From assembly GCA_016204585.1 (NCBI GenBank), contig JACQKH010000045.1:1-39659 (forward strand): a stretch of DNA of 39,659 bases, given 5' to 3'. Source of the DNA: Candidatus Kerfeldbacteria bacterium. Its GTDB lineage: Bacteria > Patescibacteriota > Patescibacteriia > SBBC01. This document shows positions 16,421 through 26,381 of this stretch, one piece after another. Both the position numbers and the translations under genes were made by a program. Position 1 is the stretch's first letter, and each line of letters opens with the position of its first letter. The notes under the pieces were generated by a model that saw only the letters and a list, made by a program, of their open reading frames with translations, made no database searches and was not told the DNA's origin.

Positions 16421-18364
16421 ATGCCAATGCGAAAGCAAGTGAAAAAACGTTATCGGCAAAGCACCAGCCTTCTCCGCAATAGTTTGATGGCCATTTTGCT
16501 CGTGCTATTGCTGACGGTGTTCCGGTCAACCCTCAACGTGAAATCCGCCTCGGTGACCGGCGCTCCGGAGAAACTCAAGGTAACGGCCGGCGTTCTGATC
16601 GTCAATACCGGCGCCGCCAGCGACAGCATCCTCGAACTCGGCAACGCCGGCCGGGATATCGTCTCAACCGGCGACATCTACTTCCGGCCGGACAACACCT
16701 CAGCCGGACTCCGCTTCAGCGGGAATACGACTGATAACACGCAGGACTTGCTGGTGACCGGCGATTTGAGCGTCGGCCGGAACATTTGTTTGGGCGGCGT
16801 CTGCCAGAGCGCCTGGCCGTCAACAATTGATCTATGGGAAACAGTGACCAACGCCGGGTTTACCTACCTTCAGCCGAAGCAAGATGCCGGAATCAACCCG
16901 GCCATCCAGATCGGCGATCCGGTCAAGTTCTGCGCGATTGACGGCAACGAATGTACCTACTCGGGCGATTGTCGTCAAGAGAACTGCATTGCCAATTCAT
17001 GCGAACAAAGCGGCGGCTATTGCGAAGATTACACCTGGTGTCCGAACCTGGCTTGCACTGGCGCAGGCGGGGTGTCTGGCAAGAACGCCCTCGAGGTCTA
17101 CGGCCGCACCACCGGCAGCGCGCTGCAAAGCGGCGCAGGTTACACCTTTTTCGGCGAGTTTGACGAAGCAGGCAATCCCATCCCCGGCAGCGGCAACGTC
17201 AGGGTCAGCGGCATTCTCGACGTGAATAAACGTGATGTCAACTGGCTGTTCAATGATATTTCGAACCGTTCATCTCTGAAGAGGCTGGCCGCAGGAGTTG
17301 ATGTGTTTACCAAAGCGTTCCACTACCTGAACAATGATCCATCCCCGTTCGAGATGCCGACGGAAATTGACGCGGACACGCTTATCGCTGAAGCAGCGAC
17401 GCCTTTCACCAATCCGTCAACCAAGAAAAAGGACTTCTTTTGGAAGAAAAAAGACGTGACGTCCCAATCGGAGGGCTATACCTACCATTATGACGCGTTG
17501 TGCGTGGCTTCGGATTATACAAATCTTTGTCAGGGAGGGACTGCCAGCGGAAATCCCTGTGTTACCCCGGCGCAGGTGACTGCGTGCACAAATGGCGGCG
17601 GAACCTGCAAAACCCTTTGTAAAAACGAACAACAACTGTGTAAAGCCGAGATGGCCGGTCGCTGCGCGGCTGGCAGTGGAAAGGATATAGGGCTTGGATA
17701 TAACGTTGACTTTGAAAATTTTCCATGTAACCCGGCGGAAAATGGGCCGCTACCCGGCGGATTAAATCCGGCCTGTGGAACCGGAACCTGCACCACCTCA
17801 TCTTGTCCTTCCGGATACAACAACTGCTCGCCGCCGATAGTTTCAGGCGAGTGTCAGAGACTAGCATCGAACGGAGGTATTACTCTTACCGGAAGGACTT
17901 GTCGAAGTTCGAATGACTGTCAATCTACGACTAACCCGCTTGATAATTGGTATCCAGGAGAAATCTGCGTTTTTGGCAAGCTTTTTGTCTATGAACCAGG
18001 GGCGGGAGCGGTTTCCTGTCAAAATAGTGAACAGACCTACGGCAGCGCTTCTTGCGAATATAAATGTAAGCAGACAAATACCGCCGATTGGTATAATAAT
18101 ATCCCCGGGGTCTATCCAGCTTGCACCGGTCAAGATCAATGCACGTCTTTGAACCCTGACGACATAAACATTTATCGAACCTCCGGCTACTGCACCTGGC
18201 GAAATAGCTATCCCCAGGATCGGACCGGCCAGCGGTGGTTCTGCGATTGCGTTCTCCATGAATCGTTGCCATACACCACGACCACAACCGGCAGCGGCGG
18301 AGACCTATGCACGAATCGGTTTTTCAGGGAGCAACTTCCAATTACTGCGGTTTCACCGCCATGA
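16421..18364 (+). CDS. Secreted fibre-like surface protein, family B paralogue 2 (Cys-rich)
   Basis: ELGNAGRDIVSTG.IYFRP, ICLGGVCQSAWP, IDADTL, long Cys-rich C-terminal half. Confidence 0.75.
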   Translation: MPMRKQVKKRYRQSTSLLRNSLMAILLVLLLTVFRSTLNVKSASVTGAPEKLKVTAGVLIVNTGAASDSILELGNAGRDIVSTGDIYFRPDNTSAGLRFSGNTTDNTQDLLVTGDLSVGRNICLGGVCQSAWPSTIDLWETVTNAGFTYLQPKQDAGINPAIQIGDPVKFCAIDGNECTYSGDCRQENCIANSCEQSGGYCEDYTWCPNLACTGAGGVSGKNALEVYGRTTGSALQSGAGYTFFGEFDEAGNPIPGSGNVRVSGILDVNKRDVNWLFNDISNRSSLKRLAAGVDVFTKAFHYLNNDPSPFEMPTEIDADTLIAEAATPFTNPSTKKKDFFWKKKDVTSQSEGYTYHYDALCVASDYTNLCQGGTASGNPCVTPAQVTACTNGGGTCKTLCKNEQQLCKAEMAGRCAAGSGKDIGLGYNVDFENFPCNPAENGPLPGGLNPACGTGTCTTSSCPSGYNNCSPPIVSGECQRLASNGGITLTGRTCRSSNDCQSTTNPLDNWYPGEICVFGKLFVYEPGAGAVSCQNSEQTYGSASCEYKCKQTNTADWYNNIPGVYPACTGQDQCTSLNPDDINIYRTSGYCTWRNSYPQDRTGQRWFCDCVLHESLPYTTTTTGSGGDLCTNRFFREQLPITAVSPP

Positions 18365-19254
18365 CAAAAGCATTAAAAAACTCTTTCATCATAATCTGGT
18401 TGGTGGCGGCGATTGGGATTTTCCGTTTCAGCCCGTCCGCCTTTTCCAAACCGCTAACCTCCGGCGCCAGCCAGAAGCTGACTGTTTACGAAGGCGTTAT
18501 CACCATTGACCACACCCCTGGCGGAAACATCCTGGAGCTCGGCAACGCCGGCCGGGACATCGCCTCAACCGGCGAGATTTTCGTCCGCCCGGGAAACACC
18601 ACGGCCGGCACCAAGTTTTATGCCGCCAGTCCATCCGAACCGCAAAATCTGTTGCTGACCGGAAGACTGACGGTCAATAAGGGTTTGAACTTTAACGGCC
18701 AATACATTACTGGCTGGACTACCGGCAGCTCCTTCTGGTTGCCCGCGGCCGGCAATTACGTCGAGCCGAACCCGCTGGCTTACGGAGTTCAGTTCAACAG
18801 CGATACCAACGTCTTGGCGAATAACGGCGCAAACCAGAGCGCGCTGTACGTAGTCAACTATGACCTGTCAGGATTGGCCGCCAAGTTCGAATCCCCGCCG
18901 CCAATTAATCAGACAATCAACATCTACGGCAACCTCGAGGCGACCGGAAATATCAGGAGCGGCGCTGAAGGCAACCTGTTTGACGTTTGGACTGACTCGA
19001 ACGACGGATATAAGGCCGCGCCGACCGGACCTGATTATCTGGATTTGCTGGATGCGGACTTGCTCGACGGGGTTAACCTTGACCTGGCCAAGGGAATCGA
19101 CCGCAATCCTCCTCAGAATCCGGCTTGTGATATTAATCTTGAGGCCTCATCTAACATGTCGTGTCTGTGCCGCGCAAATCCCAACAATCCGGCTGTATTC
19201 GAGTGCATCGAACTCACCTGCAACAGACCGGGAGATTGTGTATCATCCTCCTAA
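18361..19254 (+). CDS. Secreted fibre-like surface protein, family B paralogue 3
   Basis: ATGA-coupled start at 18361; QKLTVYEGV, ELGNAGRDIASTG.IFVRP, VWTDSNDG...LDADLLDG, small Cys-rich tip. Confidence 0.75.
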   Translation: MTKALKNSFIIIWLVAAIGIFRFSPSAFSKPLTSGASQKLTVYEGVITIDHTPGGNILELGNAGRDIASTGEIFVRPGNTTAGTKFYAASPSEPQNLLLTGRLTVNKGLNFNGQYITGWTTGSSFWLPAAGNYVEPNPLAYGVQFNSDTNVLANNGANQSALYVVNYDLSGLAAKFESPPPINQTINIYGNLEATGNIRSGAEGNLFDVWTDSNDGYKAAPTGPDYLDLLDADLLDGVNLDLAKGIDRNPPQNPACDINLEASSNMSCLCRANPNNPAVFECIELTCNRPGDCVSSS

Positions 19255-19262
19255 TAGCCACC

Positions 19263-22200
19263 ATGAGAAGAAAGTTAGTAGAACCCATCTCAAAATTCCA
19301 TTCCGGCTCTGCGGAGCGGAATTTCGGGCTGCGGGACTTCGTCTCGGATTCGAAATATCACGGATATTCCTCATCCTCCGACTCGTCCCTCGCCACGAAA
19401 TTCCGCCCCTCGGCTCGAAAGCGAATTTTGAGATGGGTTCTAATCATTTCAGCGGCGTTTAATCTCAAGGTTCTGAAAAGCTTCATGCTGGTTGTGATGG
19501 CTGGAGCGATTTTTGTCACCATTCCCTCCAGCAGCCGGGCCAGCAATTTCGTCAAGGTCGGCTCGCCGTTCAGCGCGCCGATCAACCTCTACGGCGTGAC
19601 CACGCTCTACGACCGGGCGGAGAAAACTTACAAGGCCTGGGCGGTTGGCGGTCTGGTCTTCACCGATCCCGCTACCGGAACGGAAACCACAACTACGGCA
19701 GTCATGATGTACTTCAATGGTTCGTATTGGGCAAAGGTGCCGATTCCCCCCGTCGGCCGGCCGCTACGGTCGGTTTCCGTTATCCAGTATTTAAGAACAA
19801 TTGACTCGGCCGGAAACAGACTTACCCAGCCGAAATGGGCGCTTTCCGGCTGGGCCGTAGGCGATAAAGTGCCGGATCCCGACAACCCAGGCATGTATAT
19901 CGGCGCGACCATTTTAAAGCTCGATCCGGACGTAAACGCCACTAATCCGCTGGCCTTCAACTCCTGGACCAAGCAGCGAAAGATTAAACCGCCTTCATCG
20001 CTGGCTGGTAAACCGTGTCCCGAAGACTTTGTTGAAAATCTGACCCTGTGCACCAACTGGACCGAGAACAATCTCAAGGCCGTGGCCGCGGTTAACGATC
20101 GCTTGGCCGTGGCCGTCGGCGAGGCCGGCACGGTGCTGCACTATGATTTGTCGTTCGATAAGTCTATTTACACTTCGCCGTCGTACGATACAACTGTTGA
20201 GTATTGGAATTCGCAATCAGGATTTGCTCCAACCGACACCATCAACGCGGTAACCTTCCTGGACGAAGCTCATGGCTGGCTGGCTGGAGCTAACACTAGT
20301 GTCAACGAAGGCCGGGTTTGGAAGTACACCAAACAAAGCAATCAGTACGACACGATGGGATCATTAAATATTCCGGACATTATTTACACAAGCATTGCAG
20401 CCACCCTTCGTCCTTCGCTGACGTCGGGAGACCCCTTAAAAAGCGTATTGTGGCTAGGTACAACCTTTAGCGCTATCCCGTCCTACGGCCTCATCCGTTT
20501 CGATGAGAAACTTAATCGACTTTCTTCTACTTACGGGACCGGCGCTCCGGTTAGCGGCATAAGTTTGACCAGGCGCGCCGGCGGCCAGGATCAGAACCTC
20601 CTCCAGAACGGTTCATTCAACGCCGACCGGAAAGACGAGAGCGTCAGTAAGCGCATTCCGGACGGCTGGGAACTCAGCAGTCCGTATTACGGCGGGTCAA
20701 CGAATTTTACTTCGCCGCTGAATCTCCAATCAGCAAATCTAGTTGATCGAGTGTCGGGCAATCCGGCCTATGTTGGCGAGTCGGCCCAGTCAGTGACCAA
20801 GACTGACGGCGTAACTGCTAGAACGCTCGTGATCCACCACTCAGGACTCGCCGATTATTTCAATGCCTTTTCAAACAATTTTCCAAACGATACCTATGCG
20901 AGTTTTTCGAGTGGATCAACGCCTGTCAGTTTGCAGATGGAAGATGCGACAACTCCGCTCATGTCAACGCTAGTTCCTGGCCAGGGTGATTATTTCTCAC
21001 TCCCTACCCACGCCAACAGCAACGGATACGTTGGTCCGCCGGTTCAGGTCGGCCTATCCATCAACGGATTTTTGCGTATTCCCGGTGTGGAGTCATCCGA
21101 TCGGCAGTACGAGTTTAAAATCGAGCATCCGAAGGGCTGGGTGAATTTCGATATTGAGAATGATGTCAGCGGCGACACGCTGGTCTGCCACGGCGGCAGT
21201 AATCACGGCGCAGCGTGCACCAGTTTGTCCGATCCGTCCTGCACCAGCGGCGGCGGCGTCTGCAGCCCGAGCTCCCAGTATCCGGCTAACAGCGCTGATC
21301 CGGTAACTGACAATTCTCTGATTGCTTGGAACCCGGGAATTTGCCAGAATGATCCGTTGATCCCTACCAGAATTTGCGTGGGGGGAAGTAACGAAGGCGA
21401 AGTCTGTGATGATCCGACTGACTGCTTGGACGGCGGGACCTGCTTCCCGAGCACGCAAAAGGTTCAGTGCTTCAACAACGACGAGTGTAACATCGGCCGG
21501 TGCTTTGAACCGAACTACTACAATAGTAATGATAATAATATATACAGCGTGGGGCCAATTCGCTGCACGAATGATGAAACATGCCAAAGCGTATATGGCA
21601 ACAATGCCAGTTGCGTGCCGTTTAATTCCCCCCCGAATTGCGTAGACGCTCCGTCAACGGGAGAATCAACCTCTAAGCCAATTGAGTTCAGGCAAGGAGA
21701 CGGGTTTAAAGCCCGCGTCTGCGACGGTGGTGCTAATAGCGGGCGGTCGTGCGTAGACAGTTCACAATGCCCCGGCTCAGCGTGCGGGCTGAAGGGACTG
21801 GGGTGGTTTCCGTTTACTCTCCGTTATTTTCAGCCGTGGAAAAGGGCTTGCTCGGGGAGCCCAATGATGCGTTGTTATGACAACTCTGATTGTGTCGCGC
21901 CGGCAATCTGTGAGAATACGGATTTGAGCTACTACTATGAAGGGCAATGCACCAAGAAAGACGGAACAGTGACTGGAACATGTTCCAGCAATGTCAATGA
22001 TGCAAATGGCATTAGCCCCTGTGGTTACGAAAACGACGCGTACGGAAATCCCACCGTCAAGATCAACTGTCAGAATATACGGACTAAACCTGACCGCTCG
22101 AGCTTGAAGGTGTCCTACCGTGAAGTTGGCGCGCCGACTTGGAATCCCGTGCAAGATTCCGACCTGCTGGTGTCGGCCAACCCTAACTTCGTTCCGGGCG

Positions 22201-25112
22201 AAACAGATCGCGCCTCGATTGTCCAGGAAGTTCCATTTACCACGCTGCCGGGCACGAGTTTTTCCGTCAGCGGTAAATACAAAATCGAATTTCCGAACGA
22301 CTTTCTACCAGCCACCGCTTCGCCCAGCGATCCCCGGCAGCCGAAGTCTCCGCAAGCCGGCATCCGCGTCCGTTGCACGAACGGGACGAACGACGCCTGC
22401 GGTTACGACGTACAAACCTTCCAAGCTAACTCGGCGATTGGCGTGAGCGGCCCCGGGACGTCTTGCCGACGTCCGGACGGAACGACCTACGGCCGGAGTT
22501 GCACCACCAACGCCCAATGCGACGGTGGTGACACGTGTGTTGGACAATGGGTTGATTTTTCCGCCACCGTCACCAAGCAGAATCGTAACGCCGGTACCGG
22601 TCTGCGCACGGCCGACGATCCGAGCCAGGGCTTGGTCATTGAATGCTTTGCCGACTATGGGGCGCGCGTCGGTTGCGACGATATTACGGTGGTGCCGCTA
22701 AGCGAAGCGGCCCTCAGTGGCTTTGACCAGGTTGACGCCTGGGCCGTGGATGAGGGCGGCGCAGTCTATCAAAACACCCTGGATTTCAACAACTCCTTGC
22801 CCGACCCGGACCCTTGGAGAGTAGTCGTTCAACCATCGGCCGTACCCCTCCGCAGCGTGGCGGCGGCTGATTCCTATCATCTCTGGTCAGTGGGTGACAA
22901 GACTTCCGACGCGAACGCCACGATTCTTCGCTTAAGCCCGGGAAACGTCAGCGGTTGGGCGTGGATCGGCGCTTCCAGCTCGGCCTCGTCCGGCGACGCG
23001 CTCGGCTGGATTGATTTCAACTGCGGCAACCTCCAGTCATGCGTGAAACAACCCTCTAACTTTGGGGTAAACGTCGAGCTGACCGGCGACGAGGCTGGCC
23101 GGATTGCCGGCAGCGCCTGGCAAGGCACCGAGGATCCGAATGACGTCATAGATTACGGCCCATGCATTGGTGGCGACGGTTCTCCGACAACTAGTCCTTC
23201 TTGCGACGTGGTGTGTTCGAATAACAGTTTGCGCCTTTGCTCGAACAGCAGTCAGTGTGAGGGTACTTGCAGTAAAAACCAGGGATTTAGGTGTAGCACG
23301 GACGCCGACTGCCAGGTTAGCTGCGCTGCCAATCCGGTGGCCTGCCGGTCAATCGGCTGGTTGTCATTCGATAAAAAGGTAACCGGCACTCCGCCTGAAC
23401 TGCCGTACAACACTGCTTATGACCCGGATGATCGTAGCACATACTATACCGCCAAGTTTGACAACGTTACAGACAAAATTGACGGTTGGGCGCGCTTTGA
23501 ACTCGGCCAATGCAGCGTCTCAAAGCAGTCATGCTTCCAGTCAACTTCCTGCCCATTACGCCAGAGCTGCGAATGGTCAGGCGCAGCGTCGGTGCCTGGA
23601 CAGATTCCGGCCGCTGAAGCGAACGCCAAAGCCGGTTGGGTTAAGCTGCGCGGCGATGATAATCCGTCATCTCCGGTGACCGGCGACTTTTTCGGTTGTC
23701 AGGATTGTACTGAGATTGTGGGTGGAACTACTCCTGGGTATTGCGGTACTACCTCAACTGAGTGCGGTATTGACCTTGATTGTCTAGATGCTGGATATAC
23801 CGGCCCGGATGCACAATGCTTAAAGACATGCAAGATTTGCACCAAGTACTCTAGCGGAGCCGTGGCTACTGATTATCCGGCGTGCAATTCCTGCTCGCGG
23901 TGCACCCTCAAACGATGCAAGACCCAGAACGCAAATCAACGATGCACAGGGGACTATCAATGTAACGACATCGCCGGCGATTGCCAGAAGTACGGCATCA
24001 CTGACGACGGAACGGGAAATATCTGTTTCGGCGATCTGGCGGACGGCACCAAGTGCGTTATCGGGGCGCAGTGTATTTCCTGTAACAGCTGCAGCAAGTA
24101 CGGCGTGTCACTAGATGTCGGCGATACCAAGAATTTCAGCGGCTTCGCCTGGAGTCCGGACCTCGGCTGGATTGACTTCAGCCTGGTGACGCTCGGCGGG
24201 CAAGCGTTTTTCCAAACGAAATTCGGCGACATCTACGCTGGCGGCGATATTGGCAGCACGGCCACCGGCCTCCCGCCCGGCTACCCGGGTGGTTCAGCCC
24301 AATGCAACGCCACTTACCGGATCGTGTCAGCCGGCACCATCACCAACTTCTGCTCGGCCGCGCCGGGCGGGCTGGCCAGTCCCTTTATCGAACCGGGGGC
24401 GCAGCTCTTTCCGTTGCCGGTTCCCGAAAACCGATTCACCGCCAGGATCGGCTCGCTCGACATTGAAGGTTTGACCGCCGTGGCGAAAACGGTTGGCAGC
24501 AAGAACTTCAACAAGTACGGGGACGAGGTGGTGGACGTACCGGACGGAGAGGAACTCTCCCACGTTTGCGACGGAGCGGTAACGGCCGGTCGCTGCGATA
24601 ATAACGATTCCAAGCTGCTCGGGAAGGTTTATCATGTCAAAGGAGATTTCGTTATTGATCGTGACTTTTCGTTCAACGCCGGAGTGAGCTCGGTCGAGAG
24701 CGGAGCAGGCACTTTCGTGATTGACGGCGTGCTACGCGTGCAGGGAAATACTTCCTATCCACCGGCCGGTGCGTTGATTCAAAACCGGCGGCAGCTCCCG
24801 TCAGCCGGATTTTTCGTGCTCGGTCCTGGCGGTATTACGGTCGAACCGAATGTTTCCAAAATGGTCGGTGCCTACTACGCCAACGGTCAAATCACGGTCA
24901 ATTCCAGCGGGTCAGGCGGAGACAATCAATTGGTGGTCAGCGGTCTGATGGTCGCAAAAACCTTCGGTTTCCAGCGGACCTTCCGGGGTATCTCCGGTGA
25001 GCAACAACCGGCCGAACAAGTGATCTACGACGGTCGCCTGACGGTCAACACGCCGCCGGGCTTCTCGCAGCTGGCGCAGGGTTTGCCGAACTTGCAAGAA
25101 GTTGTGCCGTGA
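19263..25112 (+). CDS. Giant multidomain Cys-rich secreted surface protein (~1950 aa)
   Basis: Probable ATG at 19263. Propeller-like WAVG repeats, CBM-like NLLQNGSF, PA14-like segments, CxGGxNxGxxC repeats, GWAW/GWIDF repeats, beta-rich C-terminal domain. Confidence 0.8.
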   Translation: MRRKLVEPISKFHSGSAERNFGLRDFVSDSKYHGYSSSSDSSLATKFRPSARKRILRWVLIISAAFNLKVLKSFMLVVMAGAIFVTIPSSSRASNFVKVGSPFSAPINLYGVTTLYDRAEKTYKAWAVGGLVFTDPATGTETTTTAVMMYFNGSYWAKVPIPPVGRPLRSVSVIQYLRTIDSAGNRLTQPKWALSGWAVGDKVPDPDNPGMYIGATILKLDPDVNATNPLAFNSWTKQRKIKPPSSLAGKPCPEDFVENLTLCTNWTENNLKAVAAVNDRLAVAVGEAGTVLHYDLSFDKSIYTSPSYDTTVEYWNSQSGFAPTDTINAVTFLDEAHGWLAGANTSVNEGRVWKYTKQSNQYDTMGSLNIPDIIYTSIAATLRPSLTSGDPLKSVLWLGTTFSAIPSYGLIRFDEKLNRLSSTYGTGAPVSGISLTRRAGGQDQNLLQNGSFNADRKDESVSKRIPDGWELSSPYYGGSTNFTSPLNLQSANLVDRVSGNPAYVGESAQSVTKTDGVTARTLVIHHSGLADYFNAFSNNFPNDTYASFSSGSTPVSLQMEDATTPLMSTLVPGQGDYFSLPTHANSNGYVGPPVQVGLSINGFLRIPGVESSDRQYEFKIEHPKGWVNFDIENDVSGDTLVCHGGSNHGAACTSLSDPSCTSGGGVCSPSSQYPANSADPVTDNSLIAWNPGICQNDPLIPTRICVGGSNEGEVCDDPTDCLDGGTCFPSTQKVQCFNNDECNIGRCFEPNYYNSNDNNIYSVGPIRCTNDETCQSVYGNNASCVPFNSPPNCVDAPSTGESTSKPIEFRQGDGFKARVCDGGANSGRSCVDSSQCPGSACGLKGLGWFPFTLRYFQPWKRACSGSPMMRCYDNSDCVAPAICENTDLSYYYEGQCTKKDGTVTGTCSSNVNDANGISPCGYENDAYGNPTVKINCQNIRTKPDRSSLKVSYREVGAPTWNPVQDSDLLVSANPNFVPGETDRASIVQEVPFTTLPGTSFSVSGKYKIEFPNDFLPATASPSDPRQPKSPQAGIRVRCTNGTNDACGYDVQTFQANSAIGVSGPGTSCRRPDGTTYGRSCTTNAQCDGGDTCVGQWVDFSATVTKQNRNAGTGLRTADDPSQGLVIECFADYGARVGCDDITVVPLSEAALSGFDQVDAWAVDEGGAVYQNTLDFNNSLPDPDPWRVVVQPSAVPLRSVAAADSYHLWSVGDKTSDANATILRLSPGNVSGWAWIGASSSASSGDALGWIDFNCGNLQSCVKQPSNFGVNVELTGDEAGRIAGSAWQGTEDPNDVIDYGPCIGGDGSPTTSPSCDVVCSNNSLRLCSNSSQCEGTCSKNQGFRCSTDADCQVSCAANPVACRSIGWLSFDKKVTGTPPELPYNTAYDPDDRSTYYTAKFDNVTDKIDGWARFELGQCSVSKQSCFQSTSCPLRQSCEWSGAASVPGQIPAAEANAKAGWVKLRGDDNPSSPVTGDFFGCQDCTEIVGGTTPGYCGTTSTECGIDLDCLDAGYTGPDAQCLKTCKICTKYSSGAVATDYPACNSCSRCTLKRCKTQNANQRCTGDYQCNDIAGDCQKYGITDDGTGNICFGDLADGTKCVIGAQCISCNSCSKYGVSLDVGDTKNFSGFAWSPDLGWIDFSLVTLGGQAFFQTKFGDIYAGGDIGSTATGLPPGYPGGSAQCNATYRIVSAGTITNFCSAAPGGLASPFIEPGAQLFPLPVPENRFTARIGSLDIEGLTAVAKTVGSKNFNKYGDEVVDVPDGEELSHVCDGAVTAGRCDNNDSKLLGKVYHVKGDFVIDRDFSFNAGVSSVESGAGTFVIDGVLRVQGNTSYPPAGALIQNRRQLPSAGFFVLGPGGITVEPNVSKMVGAYYANGQITVNSSGSGGDNQLVVSGLMVAKTFGFQRTFRGISGEQQPAEQVIYDGRLTVNTPPGFSQLAQGLPNLQEVVP
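19279..19442. mobile_element. 164-bp MITE-like hairpin element inserted in frame
   Basis: Perfect 20-bp terminal inverted repeats TAGAACCCATCTCAAAATTC / GAATTTTGAGATGGGTTCTA, internal stems, TA at both ends. Confidence 0.85.
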
Positions 25113-25114
25113 GG

Positions 25115-25178
25115 CTGACTCTTGACATTTGACCATTGACTTTTGACGGTCAAATGTCACATGTCAAAAGTCAAATGT
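25115..25178. repeat. Heptamer-periodic inverted repeat (TGAC/GTCA family)
   Basis: TGAC at 25116, 25123, 25130, 25137 and 25144, followed by GTCAAAT-GTCACAT-GTCAAAA-GTCAAAT. Confidence 0.85.
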
Positions 25179-25185
25179 TTTACAG

Positions 25186-25214
25186 TAGACAGATAGCTTT
25201 TTTTGTGCTATAAT
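25186..25214 (+). promoter_or_regulatory. Promoter of the pilus assembly operon
   Basis: TAGACA, N17, TATAAT with a TG extended -10. Confidence 0.75.
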
Positions 25215-25266
25215 TTTTGCATGGAATGTTACTTGCCGAGCACCGTTTTTGCGGGTGGTGGTATAC

Positions 25267-26376
25267 ATGGCACTCTTTAAGGGTCGGGGAACAAGTTTTC
25301 TCGGAGTTGACATCGGAACTTCGAGCATCAAGGTGGTGGAATTCCGGAATGAGGGAGGACGTCCGCGACTGGCAACCTACGGCTTTCTCGAACGGCCGAC
25401 GAACATCATCAAACTCGATTCGGTCCAAGAGCAGAACGACGTGGCCGCGGCTTTGACGCAGATCGTTAAAACGTCGCGGGTCAACACCAATCGGGCCGTC
25501 GCCGCCCTCCCGAATTTTTCAGTCTTCACTTCGATTATCAGTTTGCCGGTGATGCCCAAGAAGGAGATGTACGCGGCCGTGCGCTGGGAGGCGAAAAAAT
25601 TCGTGCCGATGCCGATCGAGGAGATGGTGCTTGATTGGCGGTTGTTGAAAGAAAAGAATAAATCACCTAGTCAAACCACCGAATCGGTCAGCCCCGAAGA
25701 TGGGAAAGCGACCGAAGAGAAGGGGCCCAAAAACCTGCGCGTTCTGTTGACCGCCGCACCGAAAAACCTGGTTAAGCGGTACATCGACATTTTTAAGAAT
25801 ACCGGCTTGCGCTTAGTCAGTCTGGAAACCGAATCATTCGCGCTGGAGCGCTCGCTCCTCGGCGGCGAACCAGGATCGTTCATGATTGTTGACGTCGGTG
25901 CCGTCGCCACCAACATCACCATTACGGTCAACGGCGTGCCTCTCCTCAATCGCTCGATCGACGTCGGCGGCGACACCATCACCAAAGCCATTGCCAACAG
26001 TTTAAATGTTGACCTTGAACGCGCCGAACAGTTCAAACGAGACGTCGGCGTCCAAGGGGCGACCGGCGGCGCCAGTCAAATTCCCCGCGCCATCGAATTC
26101 GTCATTACTTCCGTCGTCAACGAAATTCGTTATGTCCTCAATCTTTATCGAAACCAAGGAGAGAAACCGATCGAGAAAGTCATTCTGGCCGGCGGTTCGG
26201 CTTTCTTGACGAACCTTCCCGAATACCTGTCAGCCACTCTGAACATGCCAGTCGTCATCGGCGACCCCTGGGCGCACGTCATCTATCCACTCGATCTCAA
26301 GCCGGCGCTCGATGAGCTGGGTCCGCGCTTCGCCGTGGCCATCGGGTTGAGCATGCGCGAAATCGTCTCGCCCTAA
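25267..26376 (+). CDS. pilM: Type IV pilus assembly protein PilM
   Basis: LGVDIGTSSIKVVE, EAKKFVP.P.EE..LDW, VDVGA..T, GGDTIT, ILAGGSA, FAVAIGLSMR. ATG at 25267. Confidence 0.93.
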   Translation: MALFKGRGTSFLGVDIGTSSIKVVEFRNEGGRPRLATYGFLERPTNIIKLDSVQEQNDVAAALTQIVKTSRVNTNRAVAALPNFSVFTSIISLPVMPKKEMYAAVRWEAKKFVPMPIEEMVLDWRLLKEKNKSPSQTTESVSPEDGKATEEKGPKNLRVLLTAAPKNLVKRYIDIFKNTGLRLVSLETESFALERSLLGGEPGSFMIVDVGAVATNITITVNGVPLLNRSIDVGGDTITKAIANSLNVDLERAEQFKRDVGVQGATGGASQIPRAIEFVITSVVNEIRYVLNLYRNQGEKPIEKVILAGGSAFLTNLPEYLSATLNMPVVIGDPWAHVIYPLDLKPALDELGPRFAVAIGLSMREIVSP

Positions 26377-26381
26377 AAAAC

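Noticed and set aside
11822-19254. Prophage or tailocin
   Set aside because: The fibre-like proteins carry signal peptides, and no capsid, terminase, sheath, baseplate, lysis or integrase genes are seen.
11822-25112. Shufflon/invertible adhesin cassettes
   Set aside because: All genes are full-length and co-oriented, with no recombinase and no inverted crossover repeats seen.
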